The notes: generated from the letters alone by a model not told the origin. Positions 1 through 14,630 are shown, counted from the first letter of the stretch. The stretch: DNA of 64,000 nt from Octopus vulgaris (GCA_951406725.2 OX597817.1:59148001-59212000), one strand, 5' to 3'. Numbers and translations: made by a program.

Positions 1-326
1 AAAAGTGGTTGCTATTAATTTCAAATCCAGGTCAAAAAAACCTGAACTAACTTCAAATCGCGTGGTTCGCCATCTCTTGTGGCAGCAGTAATCATAAGAA
101 ATGCCAGGATTGGTGCCATAAGAGACAGGCACTGTTATATGGCGAGAGGTCAGGATTTCTGACCTGAATTTAGGTATTTAGGACTCAAAGTAATTGCTCT
201 TCCGTCCTCAGCTCCATTACAGTATTTGGTGTGACGATAATATAAATTAGCATTTGTACTGTTTATGGGAGAAGAACGCCTCCTAGTGCTTGATCTTGGG
301 TTCAACAGTCCAAAATAGAGGGCACC

Positions 327-406
327 GATGATGATGATGATAATGATGAGGATGGTGGTGGTGGTGGTGGTGGTGGTGGTGGTGGTGGTGGTGGTGGTGG
401 TGGTGG

Positions 407-438
<32 letters not shown>

Positions 439-566
439 GTGATGGTGGTGGTGGTGGTGGTGGTGGTGGTGGTGGTGGTGGTGATGATGATGATGAGGAG
501 GAGGAGGAGGAGGGGGTGCTGGGGGTGCTGGTGGTACATAAAATAATAATAATAATAATAATAATG

Positions 567-611
<45 letters not shown>
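327..611. repeat. compound trinucleotide microsatellite (GAT/GGT/GAG/AAT)n
   Basis: Directly visible; explains the poly-I/T/V/P ORFs in the track. Confidence 0.95.
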
Positions 612-612
<1 letters not shown>

Positions 613-613
613 G

Positions 614-802
614 CCTTTCTATTGTAGGCACAAGACCTGAAATTTTCGGGGAGGGGGGTCTAGTCGATTACATCGACCCCAGTGCGTAACTGGTACTTAT
701 TTCATCATTCCCGAAAAGATGAACTTAAGGACAGGCGAAACGCCGCTAAGCATTTTTTTTTTTTATATCCCAGCGCGCTAACGATTCTGCGAGCTGGCCG
801 CC
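614..802 (-). mobile_element. tRNA-derived SINE family A (GGCGGCGAGCTGGCAGA head), degraded copy
   Basis: Reverse complement of the family A sequence seen at 28345, 49280 and elsewhere. Confidence 0.8.
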
Positions 803-1355
803 TCTGGCAGTTGGACCAGCGGCGGGCTGATAGATGTCCTTTGTACACATGGGTACTAAGGATACTTAAACAATGGCTCTTCTAACTATTACAAGGTCTC
901 CGGCGGATATTTCAGCGAGTTGCACATTATTTGAACTGGGAAACAGAGCGTGAATAAAATTGTGAATTAATTTCTCACAGAGATTATTATTAGTTTGAGT
1001 GCCTAAGTCTATATCTGTAACTTAAGGCAAATGTATAGGAGAGGCTTTCTAAATACAGGAGTGTGTATGTGTATTAATGGATGGATGGATGGATGGATGT
1101 GTCTATGTAAGTACATATTATGTACGTGTTAATGCATGTATGTACGTATATATGTATATGTGTATGTATATATGTACGTTAGTATGTACGAATATACGCA
1201 TGTATGTATATATGTATGTATGTATCTATCTATATATTTATCTATAAATATGTGTGTGTATACATATAGATATAGATATATAAACAGAGAGAGAGGGGGG
1301 GCAGACAGACAGTCAGGCAGACAGGCAGACAAACAGACAGAGAGACAGAGAGATG

Positions 1356-1414
<59 letters not shown>

Positions 1415-1475
1415 GATAGATAAATAGGTATGTATGTATGTGTGTGTTTTTATATATACATATCTATACATATAC

Positions 1476-1554
<79 letters not shown>

Positions 1555-2201
1555 AACACATACTCTCACACACACGCGTACATAAGATGTATGTATGTGT
1601 GTATGAAATTCACACGGGTATACATTTTTCTGTAAGTCAAAATATCAATCCATTCGCGATCCAATGGATAACTGAATACTCCGGCGTGGATTGGATACAC
1701 ATAATGTAATGGATATGCGTCTATGTGCGTACGTACGTATGTATGCATGTATGTATGTAGGTGTGTATGTATGTATGTATGTATGTATGTGTGTGTGTGT
1801 ACGTATGTATGTATGTATGTAGGTATGTATGTATGCATGTATGAAGAATGCATGTAAATATATATATATATATATATATGCATGCGTACATACATACATA
1901 CATACATACATACATACATACATACATACATACATACATACATACATACATACATACGTACGTAAGTACGTACACATGCACTCATGTCTCTGAATGAGAA
2001 AGGCGTGAATGTCTGTGTGCATGTGTGTATATATTCGTGGATGTGCCCGGGAGTGCGTTTGCGTTACTATTTCCTTATTTCTCTTGAGTAAGTGATATGG
2101 GTATCTCCGTAGTCAGGTGAGTTATCGGGGTGTAGTGAGAAAAAATGCCAGAGAGAACGGGTAGAATAGGGTATTCTGTTTATACAACGATGGGGTTAAA
2201 T

Positions 2202-2246
<45 letters not shown>

Positions 2247-2308
2247 GCATGCATATACACTCACACACATACACACACACATAAATATAAATATAATATT
2301 CATATATA

Positions 2309-3279
2309 CACATATATGACAGAAGTAAATAGACACCCCATAAAACATCGTTTTTATTTTTCTTCTAATTTTATAGGTTTATATTTTTTTATTAATTGAC
2401 ATTTTTGTTTCAGGTTTTCTACGTGACTGCTTAATTTCTCCATGTACAAAAGATGCCTTGGAACTGTCTGAATTTCAAAGAGGCCGTATTGTGGGTCATT
2501 GTGAAGGTGGACAAAGTCAGCGTAACATCGCAGAAAACCTTGGGATTCCACTTTCTACAGTTAATAGAGTGGGGAAGGAGTCAACATCACCCAGATTAAC
2601 CGAGGCCCTCTGACAGGACCCTTATCTTTGCTAAGAGAAGTGTGGAAGATAATCCTCGTTGCTAGGCCTCTGACATAGCAGAACACGTTGATGCCAGTCC
2701 CAGAACAGCTGTGAGGTATCTCCACAAACTTGGTTACTATGGCAGAGCAGCAAGAAGGAAGCCACCTCTTCGACCAGTCAACATCAAGCGGAGAAAACAT
2801 TGGGTCAGTGAGATGCTGGAGTGGCCACTAGCATTTTGGGACACTCATATTCTGTGATGAGTCCAGATTTGCTGTATTTTTTGACAGTGATCGAATATGG
2901 ATCCTTGTCACACGCTTAAAATGACCCGAGATTTTTTATTTTAGAATGGCATTAAAAAGCTTTAATGGTCAAGACAGTCCACAGATATGAACTCTATTGA
3001 ACACCTCTGGGACATAATAGACAGGACACTTCGTAAAACACACAAGAATGCATCTTCAAATCCAGATTTATTCAGATTACTGCATGAAACTTCACAAGAA
3101 ATTCCGCAAGAGAATATTCGTCATTTGATCAGTAACATGCCTAAAAATGCAAAGAGCATGTCTACTAAATATTAAACATTCACTTTATAAAAATTGATAA
3201 ATAATTTGAATGCATAATTTCAGATTTAAATAAGTTTTAATGATTATAAAGGTGTCTATTTACCTCTGTCATGTCTGTG
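2309..3279 (+). mobile_element. internally deleted Tc1/mariner transposon
   Basis: Imperfect ~29-bp TIRs (CACATATATGACAGAAGTAAATAGACACC / GGTGTCTATTTACCTCTGTCATGTCTGTG) flanked by TA. Frameshifted transposase pieces: [12 protein letters not shown]...[16 protein letters not shown] (HTH), ARRKPPL, IFCDESRF, DMNSIEHLW. Confidence 0.9.
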
Positions 3280-3285
3280 TATTAC

Positions 3286-3420
<135 letters not shown>

Positions 3421-3482
3421 CATACATACATATTTACATACATACATATATGCATACAAGCGTACATACATAAATATGCACA

Positions 3483-3543
<61 letters not shown>

Positions 3544-3637
3544 GTGCTTACATATATACAATATGTACACACATATATATTATATAACTTTGTTTCGGAA
3601 CGGTGGGTCAGGAAGCAGATAAAGCTATAAATTTACT

Positions 3638-3706
<69 letters not shown>

Positions 3707-4110
3707 GTAGATAGATAGATAGGTAGGTAGGTAGGTAGGTAGGTAGGTAGGTAGGTAGGTAGGTAGGTAGGTAGGTAGGTAGGTAAGTTGATAGATAAGT
3801 GGGAGAGAAATATCATGTATTCAGAAGCCCCATGCAGAGTATCGGCCGCTTCAATTCCGAAGTCTTCCATCAAACGCCATTGAATCTCTTGAACTCAGAT
3901 TCTATAAAAAAAAAACACTGAACGAACCACAGTTCCCAGCAGACTCTCCAAATTCACAAGGGAACTTTGGCTTTGGAGTGTATCAGGAATATATTTTTTC
4001 ACTTATTTATCTTTCCTTGTCTGTATATTCATTGTAAATAGCTGTAAAAGTACACCGCATAAACACATAGATTTACATATATCTACCATTAGGTATGTAT
4101 CTATGTATAT

Positions 4111-4168
<58 letters not shown>

Positions 4169-4237
4169 TATACATGTACACACACACATATATGTGTGTG
4201 TATATGTGTGTACATATATACATATATATACATATAC

Positions 4238-4293
<56 letters not shown>

Positions 4294-4495
4294 AACACAC
4301 ATACACACACATACATATATATATATATACATACACACACATACATACGAACATGTTTACACAAACAAACATACAAACATCCATACATCACGGTGGCGTG
4401 AAATTTGAACTGCGAGAAAACAGTTAATATAAGAATATGTGTAGATATGTGTGTGGGGGAGATAGGGAGGTATTTTGTATGTTCGTGTGTGTGTG

Positions 4496-4587
<92 letters not shown>

Positions 4588-4923
4588 TGTGTGTGTGTGT
4601 GAGTGTGTATAAATATATGTGTGTGTGTCGTTACATTGACGCAATGATTAAATGGTGACTGATAACTGTAATTCAAGGATTGATTTCAACGGATTTATTT
4701 CACTTAACTTGATCGTAATGGCCATCAAGATAGATTTCTGTGTGAAGCTGTGGTGAATAAAACGTCTGTATTACTCTGTCTGACAACCCCCTCGATGTTT
4801 TCATTAAATATATTCACACTATATAAGTAGAATATCATATCTCCGGCAGATTCTTCTGAAATTCCACCATTAATTTCTCACCATTTCATTTTATCTCGGT
4901 ATGTATATATTTCTCCTCTCCCT

Positions 4924-4991
<68 letters not shown>

Positions 4992-5226
4992 CATATATAT
5001 ATATATATATATATATATACTTATGTATACAGGTAATAAGTGGGGGCTAGCCGTACTTAGTATAGAAAATATGTAATTCGAACTTAAACCCCTATTTCTT
5101 CATCCAGGACTAGGCCCGAGGCGTCAAGAGTGACTGTATGGGAAATTGAGTGCCAGCTGATATGGAGATAGTGGTGCGGATAAACACAATTAGGCTTGGC
5201 ATATATACTTACAGTCATACATGCAC

Positions 5227-5335
<109 letters not shown>

Positions 5336-5403
5336 ACCGCGTGTATATCGTTGGCGATTTTTTTCCCTCCGTCTTCCCTTCCTTGGATCTTTCCTTTTTC
5401 TAT

Positions 5404-5438
5404 GTTTGTGAAGAAGAGCTCCGCTCGAAACGTTAAAT
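5404..5438 (+). ncRNA. minimal type I hammerhead-like motif, degenerate core
   Basis: GTTT-GTGAAGA-A-GAGC tcc GCTC-GAAA-CG-TT-AAAT, inside a ~200-bp element (5333-5540) flanked by (TA)n. Confidence 0.5.
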
Positions 5439-5539
5439 CCTCCTTCTTTCTTTCCTTTCCTGACCGTCCAATAACACTGTACTTGTCCCACATCCTTACG
5501 TTGTTGTGTTTTCTCTGTGTTTTCATGTTTGGATTAACA

Positions 5540-5573
<34 letters not shown>

Positions 5574-5807
5574 ATAAGTAAATAAATGGTGTTGAACGAA
5601 GATGTTATTAAAATTCTTTTACTTTCGACATATGTTTCAACTCTATTTATTTACTTATAATACACAAATTACTGTACATTAAACCGGAGTTTCTACTTTT
5701 GAATAGGTCGCTTCATCCGTGTTACTTGCGTGAATTTTGCTACCCTGGTAACTGTTTATTGAATTTTCTATGTTAACGATAAACAAAGGATAATTCATTC
5801 ATCCATT

Positions 5808-5861
<54 letters not shown>

Positions 5862-5869
5862 TACATATA

Positions 5870-6175
5870 CAGTTACGACGACGAGTGTTCTAGTTGATCC
5901 AATTAACAGAACACCCTGCTCGTGAGATTAACATGCAAGTGGCTCAGCATTCCACAGACATGCGTACCCTTAGTGTAGTTCTCAAAATACCCTTAATGTA
6001 TTCAGTGTGACACAGAATGGGACAAGGCTGGTCCTTTTTGAATTACAGGTACTACTCATCTTTGACAGCTGAGTGGAATGGAGCAACATGAAAGAAGCTG
6101 CCTTGCTGAAAGTCACAGCACGTCACCGGGAATCGAACTCACGACCTTACGCTCGTGAACCAAATACTCTAACAT
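5870..6175 (-). mobile_element. tRNA-derived SINE family C variant
   Basis: Similar to 27940-28240; carries the reverse complement of a B-box (GGAATCGAACTC) and the GCTGAGTGGA..GGAGCAAC central domain. Confidence 0.7.
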
Positions 6176-6596
6176 ATAAATGTGCGTGTGTATGTGTGTG
6201 TATAAATATACGCATATATATGCATATATGGTGGTGGTGGTGGTAGTGGTGGTGGTGGTGGTGGCGGTGGTGGTGGTGGTGGTGGTGGTGGTGGTGGTGG
6301 TGGTGGTGGTGGTGGTGGTGGTGGTGGTGGTGGTGATGGTTGTGGTGGTGGCGGTATTTGATAGTCGGGTGGTGGTCGGGTAGTGAGTTAATTAGTTCTA
6401 ATTTCAAGAAACCCTAAATTAAAACTATTCCATAACAAAGGTTATTCAAAAAGAAACACCCCTTCCACCCTCGTTTCTTTCCAGACGATTCTATATGTCA
6501 AGCCTTGAATGTGGGGGGGTTGTCTTTTTGTGAAGTTTATTCAATAATAATAATAATAATAATAATAATACTGATGATGATGATGATGATGATGAT

Positions 6597-7403
6597 TTCA
6601 AATTTTGGGACAAAGCCAGTATTTGGGGAGGAGAAGGTGGTTGATTACATTAAACCCCAATGTTCAACTGGTATTATTTTATCGACCCTGAAAGGATGGA
6701 AGGGAAAGCCGACCTTGGCAGAATTTGAACTCAGAACGTCAAGTAGGAATAAATGCTGTTAATAATAAATACAATAATAATAACAATCCTTTCTTTTACC
6801 GGCAAAAGGCATGAAATTATAGGGAAGGGGACTTGTCGATTGAATCGACCCCATTGCTCAACTGGTGCCCATTTTATCGACCCGAAAGGGATGGAAAGCA
6901 AAGTTGAGGTCAGTGGCACTTGATCATAAAGCGTAAAGAACCAGAAGCATTTTGCCCGGCGTGCCAACGTTTCTGCCAGCTCGGCGCCTTGATAATATTA
7001 ATAATAATTCTTTTTTCTAAAGGCACAAGGCCTGAAATTTGGGGCAGGGTGTAAGTCGATTACATCAACCCCAGTGCGTAACTGGTACTTATTTAATCGA
7101 CCCCGAAAGGATGAAAGGCAAAGTCGACCTCGGCGGAATTTGAACTCACAACGTAACGGCAGACAAAATACCTATTTCTTTACTACCCACAAGGGGCTAA
7201 ACACAGAGGGGACAAACAAGGACAGACAAACGGATTAAGTCGATTACATCGACCCCAGTGCGTAACTGGTACTTATTTAATCGACCCCGAAAGGATGAAA
7301 GGCAAAGTCGACCTCGGCGGAATTTGAACTCAGAACGTAAAGACAGAAGAAATATCGCTAAGCATTTCGCCCGGCGTGCTAACGTCTCTGCCAGCTCGCC
7401 GCC
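6597..7403 (-). mobile_element. stack of four family A SINE copies
   Basis: Repeated ATCGACCCC..AAAGGATGAAAGGCAAAGTCGACCTCGGCGGAATTTGAACTC blocks, partly separated by (TAA)n. Confidence 0.9.
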
Positions 7404-10314
7404 TTTTGCCAAAGAATTAATTTTCCTTCTTTGCGAATTGAATTTAAGAAGTTCAGCTTGATTTCACCTCTTTTTTGTTTGGTTGGCGATAATCTGAATG
7501 TGTGAGCAGAAACTGAACCTCAAACAATTCGAAAACAACTCTCCGTTTCTGTTTGGGTGTATTATGTTCTTGTTCTAATTGTAATTCGAATCCTAATAAA
7601 GCATTAATTAATTAATTATCAGAAAGTTTGATTATTTCTCTTGATAAGTACCACAAGGTTGTATATAGTTTTTATATTTGTATTTTTATTTTATTTTTTT
7701 TATTTTTTACTTTTAATTCTTTATTATTTATTTATTCATTTATACATTTGTTTGCTTTTTGTTCTCTTAACCACGATTTTAAGGAAATAGAATTCAAAGA
7801 GAACGCAAGAGAAAGAGGTCGAAGCGATATCGCCATGTAATTTATAGGAACCAACGAACAAAGGCAGTGTGAGAATTTTCTTCTGACCTACATAAGGGAG
7901 AATGAGCCTCTAACGTAGTCGTTCAGTTTGCTAGAAATAGCACCTAAATGTCACACAAATTACCCCTTCGCCGTCCCCAAAAAAGAAACGACAGGTTTGA
8001 TAGTTGTTCTAGATTCACAATATTACCTCAAATGATTTTCATCATACTCTGTTCAATTAGGTTTGACCTGGGGTTAAGCATCAACAAGAACAACAACCGC
8101 GGTTCGTGTTACCAGAAACAAGAGTCACTATAATGTCGAGCTAACTCCGTAGCCTCCCATCTTGCTAAACATAGAAGCCATTTCTTCCTCGATGTGCACC
8201 ATACTATCTTTAAAAGTAAATGTTATACAATGTTGCCCGTTTCCTGAAAAAGAGACGGCATGGTCACGGTTAGAACGCTTTAGCATTTAAACGGGTCATA
8301 TCCAACCCAAATATTCTTCCTTTGTCATGTTCAAACTGACCAAATCTGGCCTCTTGCACCTACCCTACAATGTCTTCTGTGATATACAAGCTTGGAAAAC
8401 CAATAAAACTGTTATTTAGGATAAAAACAAATCATCTTTCATCTTTTTCTTCTTTCCGTAGTCAATAAAGAAGCTTCAAGTAGTACCTGTAGCCTCGTTT
8501 ATCGCTGATTCATTCATCACTAATCCGGGATAACATGGCTCGCACAACTATGAACTGTGTTATACACATCACTGGTTGATCTATGATAACAGGAGTCAGC
8601 GACCTCTCAAAGATTCTACGTGTGTGCCGCAAAACGTGCCTCAGCGACCACCCGCAGTGTTGAGCTACCAAGAATGCTATGACCATTGCGAGTATTTACA
8701 TGACTGTGTTGTGAGGCTGCGGATTTCTGTGCGGATTTACAATACGGTTACAAGGTGCCTGATCCCCCCCAAATTATGCAGTCAAGTATATTCTCCGTAA
8801 GGAAAGGTAAAGATGATCCAGAAGATACGAGATGGTAGAAACCTCACTGCTGTGGGCTGCGAGTTTCATATCAATGAATCTACCATTAGTTCTTAGAGAT
8901 GCTTCGTTTACCACGTTTTTTTTTTCCTTTTCTTTTTTTCTATCTCCCTGATAAATAAGGATAGAATTATATTATTGTCTGATTGGAACCGTTTCTAACT
9001 AGCCAACTAAATGAATTATTTGAAACAAGACCAACCATGAACTATGAACTTGATTAAAATATTTCTAAGTGTCCAATTATAAATTTGATTGAAACAGCTG
9101 TAACGACTCATTATAAAATTGTGTCTATCAGTGTTTCCTTGTTGTCGAGAATGGCTTCAAGGTTTTTCTTCACCCTGAGATCATTCACAAGTGGACTGTA
9201 AACAAAATCACAACTTTGATCTTCACACCTCATCGTCTTCAAGACCCCGACATCCATGGATACAAATGTATTAAGACGATGAAAGGAGGCTTATTGGATT
9301 GCAGATTGTGCAGAGTTACCGGTGGGGCATTCTGTATAAATCTACTCTCATAATTTTCTCAGTCTTTTAGTGCAACTGAACTCCTTCAAATTTCCTCCAG
9401 AAGCAAACTCGTTGGAGTTGTTGGTTTAGCCGCTACAAGCTTGCTATGAAAGAGACAATATGGTCAGATATTGCCACAGACAAGGAACTAAAATGTCACA
9501 AGTACCCGAAAATAAATCACTTTATTATGGGAGGTTCATTATGCCAATAATAAACACGGTCTCATCAATGATATGCCCTCTCTAGTTCAGGTCTACACCA
9601 GTGGGCAGATAGACAAGCCTGGAGTAGGAAAGCCAAAGTATTGATGAGATTGCAAATAGTGACGAAAGAACTTTAACAAGCCTAGCTGATTGATTGACTG
9701 ATCGAACGATTAATCGATTAACTGATTGGTTAAATAGTGAACCAATTGAGAAATACAGGATATTGAAGTGAAAGAGAACCAGTGCGTGTGCTTGTTATTG
9801 GTATAATGACCCTCCTGAAATACAACAAAATATATTTCAACACGTGAATTCCCATCAAGCAAACCAAAGACAAAAATGAAGGCATTTGTTATATACACGT
9901 ATTTTTTTTTCATTTGCATTCGTTTAGTTTTTCGTTACATTTCCATAATCTTTCTACATTTCATATCCTGCTGCTGCTGCGGCTGTTGTTGTTGTCGTTG
10001 TTTCACCCCAGGTCACTCCTGATTGTGCAGGTCTAAACGAAAGTGAAGTACTCTTTACTGCCATGCTTCTTATTCAGAGAGAGTGCACACAGGAGTACAT
10101 AATTACACCGTGCCGTCATAGCGTTTGTAGGACATCACGGTGTAATATGAGGGAGATTTGGCTGCTGTTTTTGGCAAACGGAGCGACCACATACAGGCTT
10201 CTTCAGTGGTGTATGTCGATGTAATTGTTTCTTGCCAAAGTATATCAAATTCTGCAAATGTCATTAATGTTATATTGATTTAATTCGTATGCCGTGGGCA
10301 GAGAGGAATATTCT

Positions 10315-10523
10315 TTTCTATTATAGGAACAAGACCCGAAATTTGGGGAAGGGGGCTAGTCGATTAGATCGACCCCAGTGCGTAACTGGTACTTATTTAA
10401 TCGACCCCGAAAGGATGAAAGGCAAAGTCGACCTCGGCGGAATTTGAACTCAGAACGTAGCGGCAGACGAAATACCGCTGAGTATTTCGCCCGTCGTGCT
10501 AACGATTCTGCCAGCTCGCCGCC
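10315..10523 (-). mobile_element. family A SINE
   Basis: Near-identical to 7240-7403. Confidence 0.9.
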
Positions 10524-11108
10524 TTGTGGCAGACAGGAATATTGTCGATTCGAGAATAACATATTCTTATTATAGTTGTCGTTGTTTTGGGGTTATCGGC
10601 GTCAGGCCACTTTCGAGTGCTACTGGTAATATGTAACCCAGTACAATCTGTTGTATAGTCGGATCTTTGGCGACTAAACCGACAACCTCCACCAAGCTTG
10701 CTTGGCGAGGAGGGCGACTTGGATAGTCTGCAGAATGAAGAACAAAACCGGTTAAAGGGCGGGGGAACTCGCAAGAGTCGACGGTCATCCAGTAAAGTGT
10801 GTATAGAAGAATGAAACCCCAATGACAAAAATTCTCCGAGCCAGGGGCACGGCGAAGTCATGGGGAGCAGCACGGCAGACGTAAAGTTGGGTGTAATTGA
10901 TCTTCATTCGACGTATGATCTTCACTTGGCGTAACTGCACGATACAGTCTTGGCGGAAGAACCTCTTCAGCCAACGGTCAGTCTAGGGTCAACCAATCCT
11001 GTTAATTGATTACTGGAGTGGCGATTCATCAACTCATTTTACCCACTTGATAAACACTATGAACTTCTGTACTTCATAATATCACCAGCTGAAGTTGGAT
11101 GGCGAGTG

Positions 11109-11164
<56 letters not shown>

Positions 11165-11431
11165 CGGTTGTGTTGCCGTTGTTATCTTTATTGTTGTTGC
11201 AGATGTATGTCCCCACCTCCATACTCATTAGATTTGCTTGTGATAAAAAAAAGTCTCGCCTAGCCTTCGCATCTTTCGTTCACACATTGTGTTATATCCC
11301 TTATTTTTTATATGTTAGCACAGTATTAAAGAGATCTTTGACTGTTATTTCAAGCATATTAAGGTCCACATTTGGGCTTTCTCATTTGCACGTGTCATTA
11401 TAGACTTCAGAAATATCAAAGACCGTACAAA

Positions 11432-11600
11432 GGCGGCGAACTGACAGAATCGCGAGAACATCGAATAAAGCGCTTAGCGCCATTTCGTCCGACTTTGCGT
11501 TTCGAACTCAAATTCTCCGACGTTGACTTTGACTTCCATTCTTTTGGGCACCGTTTGAGCTCCGCCAAAATTTCAGATCGTCTGCCTAGAATAGAAAAGG
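11432..11600 (+). mobile_element. diverged family A SINE
   Basis: GGCGGCGAACTGACAGAATCG...CTCAAATTCTCCGACGTTGACTTTG. Confidence 0.65.
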
Positions 11601-11793
11601 TCGTTATATTCGTCTTATAACCTCCCTTTTGGTTCCACTTCATTTCCTGCGCAGTAGAAGACCTCTCCCCACCACCACCCCGATAACCTTTGCGGAAAGA
11701 TATTTAGATGCTCGCGATTTGCCTCACCTCACTGAATATTCAACCCGTTTTGGCAAGGATAAGTTCTGGTACTGGAGGCAAACACACACACAG

Positions 11794-11844
<51 letters not shown>

Positions 11845-12574
11845 GCACATGCACGCACACACACACACACACACACATGTGCATAAAAGATATACACATA
11901 CAGATAGAGAAAGTAAGAGATAAAGAGAGGAAGAGAGAGAAGGAAGAAAAGAGAGGGAGGAGGGAGAGTGGGCGAGACAGACAGATTACAATTCATTAAT
12001 CGAACACAATTGACACACACTTTCCCTCTCCTCAGACATAAAATTAAAATATACTCTCGCGCTAAACAGAGAGAGGTAGGGAGGGAGAGGTGAAGAGAAA
12101 GGGTCAGAGGGATGCAACGACGGAGAGAGCGAGAGAAGCACAAAGATGTCTGACGTCAAATAAGTCAGCGTCGAATCACCGACACCAAACAGATAGATCA
12201 AGCTGAACGTCAGCAGCATCGATTTGACCAGCTTTTATATGGTCTATGAAGGACATGGCTATTCTTTCTTAGTCCCGAGTAAACCAATAAACACAAACAT
12301 TAACTATTTCACTGGCGAACCATACAAACTTTGAAATGGGGGGAAGGGGGGATCAGGTTCTCTTACAAAAGACCGAAAATTGCAATTTTGGGAGACAATT
12401 CCTTACCAGCTGTGTCACCAGCACCAACATCACTATCACCATCAATACCGTAATTACTATACATTATCATCACCATGACCATCATTATCACGACCATGCT
12501 ATGTCTACTGGCAACAAAATCACAATTTATTATCAGTCTCACACACACACGCTCACACTCACACGTATGTGTAG

Positions 12575-12643
<69 letters not shown>

Positions 12644-12689
12644 CATATATATATATATTATATACATATATATAATATATACCTATATG

Positions 12690-12730
<41 letters not shown>

Positions 12731-12733
<3 letters not shown>

Positions 12734-13040
12734 GAAATGAAGAAAATGCTGACAAAATAATTTAAGTAATTTAAGTAGGTGAAAGTTCTTTTTACCGGTT
12801 GCGCATTTGTTATGCTTATCAAAAGATAATTTTTTTAAGAGAGATAGAGTTCTTTTCTGATAGATTTTTTTCCTCTTATCTGATAAGAGGAAAAAATCTA
12901 TCAGAAAAGAACTCTATCTCTCTTTAAAAAAATTATCTTTTGATAAGCATAACAAATGCGCAACCGGTAAAAAGAACTTTCACCTAATTAAATTACTTAA
13001 ATTACTTAAATTATTTTGTCAGCATTTTCTTCATTTCCTT
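12731..13040. repeat. ~150-bp-arm near-perfect palindrome centred at 12881, flanked by (TA)n
   Basis: AAGGAAATGAAGAAAATGCTGAC...CCTCTTATC t GATAAGAGG...GTCAGCATTTTCTTCATTTCCTT. Confidence 0.95.
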
Positions 13041-13077
13041 TTTTATATATCACAACTCGTGTTCCACATCTCCTTTT

Positions 13078-13144
<67 letters not shown>

Positions 13145-13502
13145 TATTATAAAAGGCAGATTTTATCTGCTTCCCTTTCTCTCTTATAGAAATCTAGAAT
13201 ATAGGATTTCTTCAATTACAATTTACCTAGCATTTTTAAGAGTAGAATAAATCGGGTCGTGCCAGGTCCAGTTTTTAAAATTTCAACCCCAATTAAGCAA
13301 AATTTAGAGAAAACTCACATTGTGGTGTCTAAGTCAAATGCTTTTCTTAGTGTGGGCTATAGCACACGCGCACACACACACACACAAAAAGGGAGCGATC
13401 TAATTCACTCACGCTATCACTCTAATTTCTACGACTTTCTCTTTGCAAGTTTGCAACGATTAAAGTGAAAACAGTGAATCCGACAGCGATAAAGACAATG
13501 AA

Positions 13503-14121
13503 TTGGCACCTGAATGGAGTGAAAATTTAAAAACTGTTTCTTTCGGTGATTTTTCTGAAGAAACTGGACCAAGCCACAGACTTTCCCAGAAGAGTAAAGC
13601 CTTAGACTATTTCTTTTTACTTTTTCGAATGAGCCTATTTGAAATCATTACGGCGGAAACGAACTGTTACGCTAAACGTAAACAAAGCGAAAGAAAGGAT
13701 AGTTTGTTATTTCCCACAACCTTAAATGAAATTAAGGCCTATTTTGCCATAAATATTATTATGGGTATCAGAAAGTTGCCCAGAATAACAAATTCTATCG
13801 TAAAATTTTGTTGTATACCCAATTGAATATTAGCTAATAACCCATTTTCTATAGCGATGTTTGAACAAAATTTTAATAATTTTATATTTTGTTGAATTTA
13901 CCTGTATCTACCTGCAATTAGAGTCACTCTGTGACAAAAATTATAGTATAGAATTGGTTGAGAACATTTCATTAAATTATCTTCCAAAATTCATGTTAAT
14001 ATATTGATAAATAAAAAAGTTATAGTTGTTTAATGAAACCAGACTAAATTTATGATTACGTTAGAAATTAATTGAAACACATAAGGGATGTATTTTGGTC
14101 AGAAATATAGTAACGAAAGGG
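13503..14121 (+). mobile_element. piggyBac transposase N-terminal fragment plus right terminus
   Basis: KALDYFFLLF...EIITAETNCYA...TTLNEIKAYFAINIIMGIRKLPRI resembles the piggyBac/PGBD4-type (DDE_Tnp_1_7) N-terminal region; ends ...GAAAGGG|TTAA. Confidence 0.75.
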
Positions 14122-14233
14122 TTAAGAAAAACCAAAAAATATTTTATTCTTTATAAATGTTGTGTTCAAAATAACATTTTCTTTTAAGAATGTGTATATA
14201 ACAAAGTATGTGTATATAACTACGTGGCTTATA

Positions 14234-14630
14234 TCTTTATATATAAGAGTGAAGTTGTGTGTCTGTCTCCTACGATTTAGATTCGTAACTACTCCCACAT
14301 TTTGCGGTGCAGTGTAACCAAAACCGGGTATCTTATAGTCGTGATTCATATCGAGCCCTTCTGGGTATTAGCGCGCGTCTACGATAAGTCTACGATTTAA
14401 AAAAAAATTACCATCATATTTTTCCATTTTAATGCATTTTTTCGCTATTATATAAGGGAAGTAACTCTCTAAAAATATCTACGATGTGTCAACGATTTAA
14501 AAAAAAAAATTACCTTAATTTTTTTCCCATTTTTAATGCATTTTTTTGCTATTTTTGGGCTATAACTCTCTAAAAATGCTTATATAGTTATTTCCCTTAC
14601 AAACCCGAGCAACGCCGGGCGATACTGCTA

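Noticed and set aside
1-326. Possible RT fragment (EFRYLGLK on the plus strand)
   Set aside because: Single short motif among stop codons; insufficient support
5620-5725. Further partial hammerhead-like motifs (5620-, 9091, 26740, 40290-, 40627, 58130)
   Set aside because: Only GAAA plus a palindrome, or the core alone, is present; stem I or II pairing is not convincing
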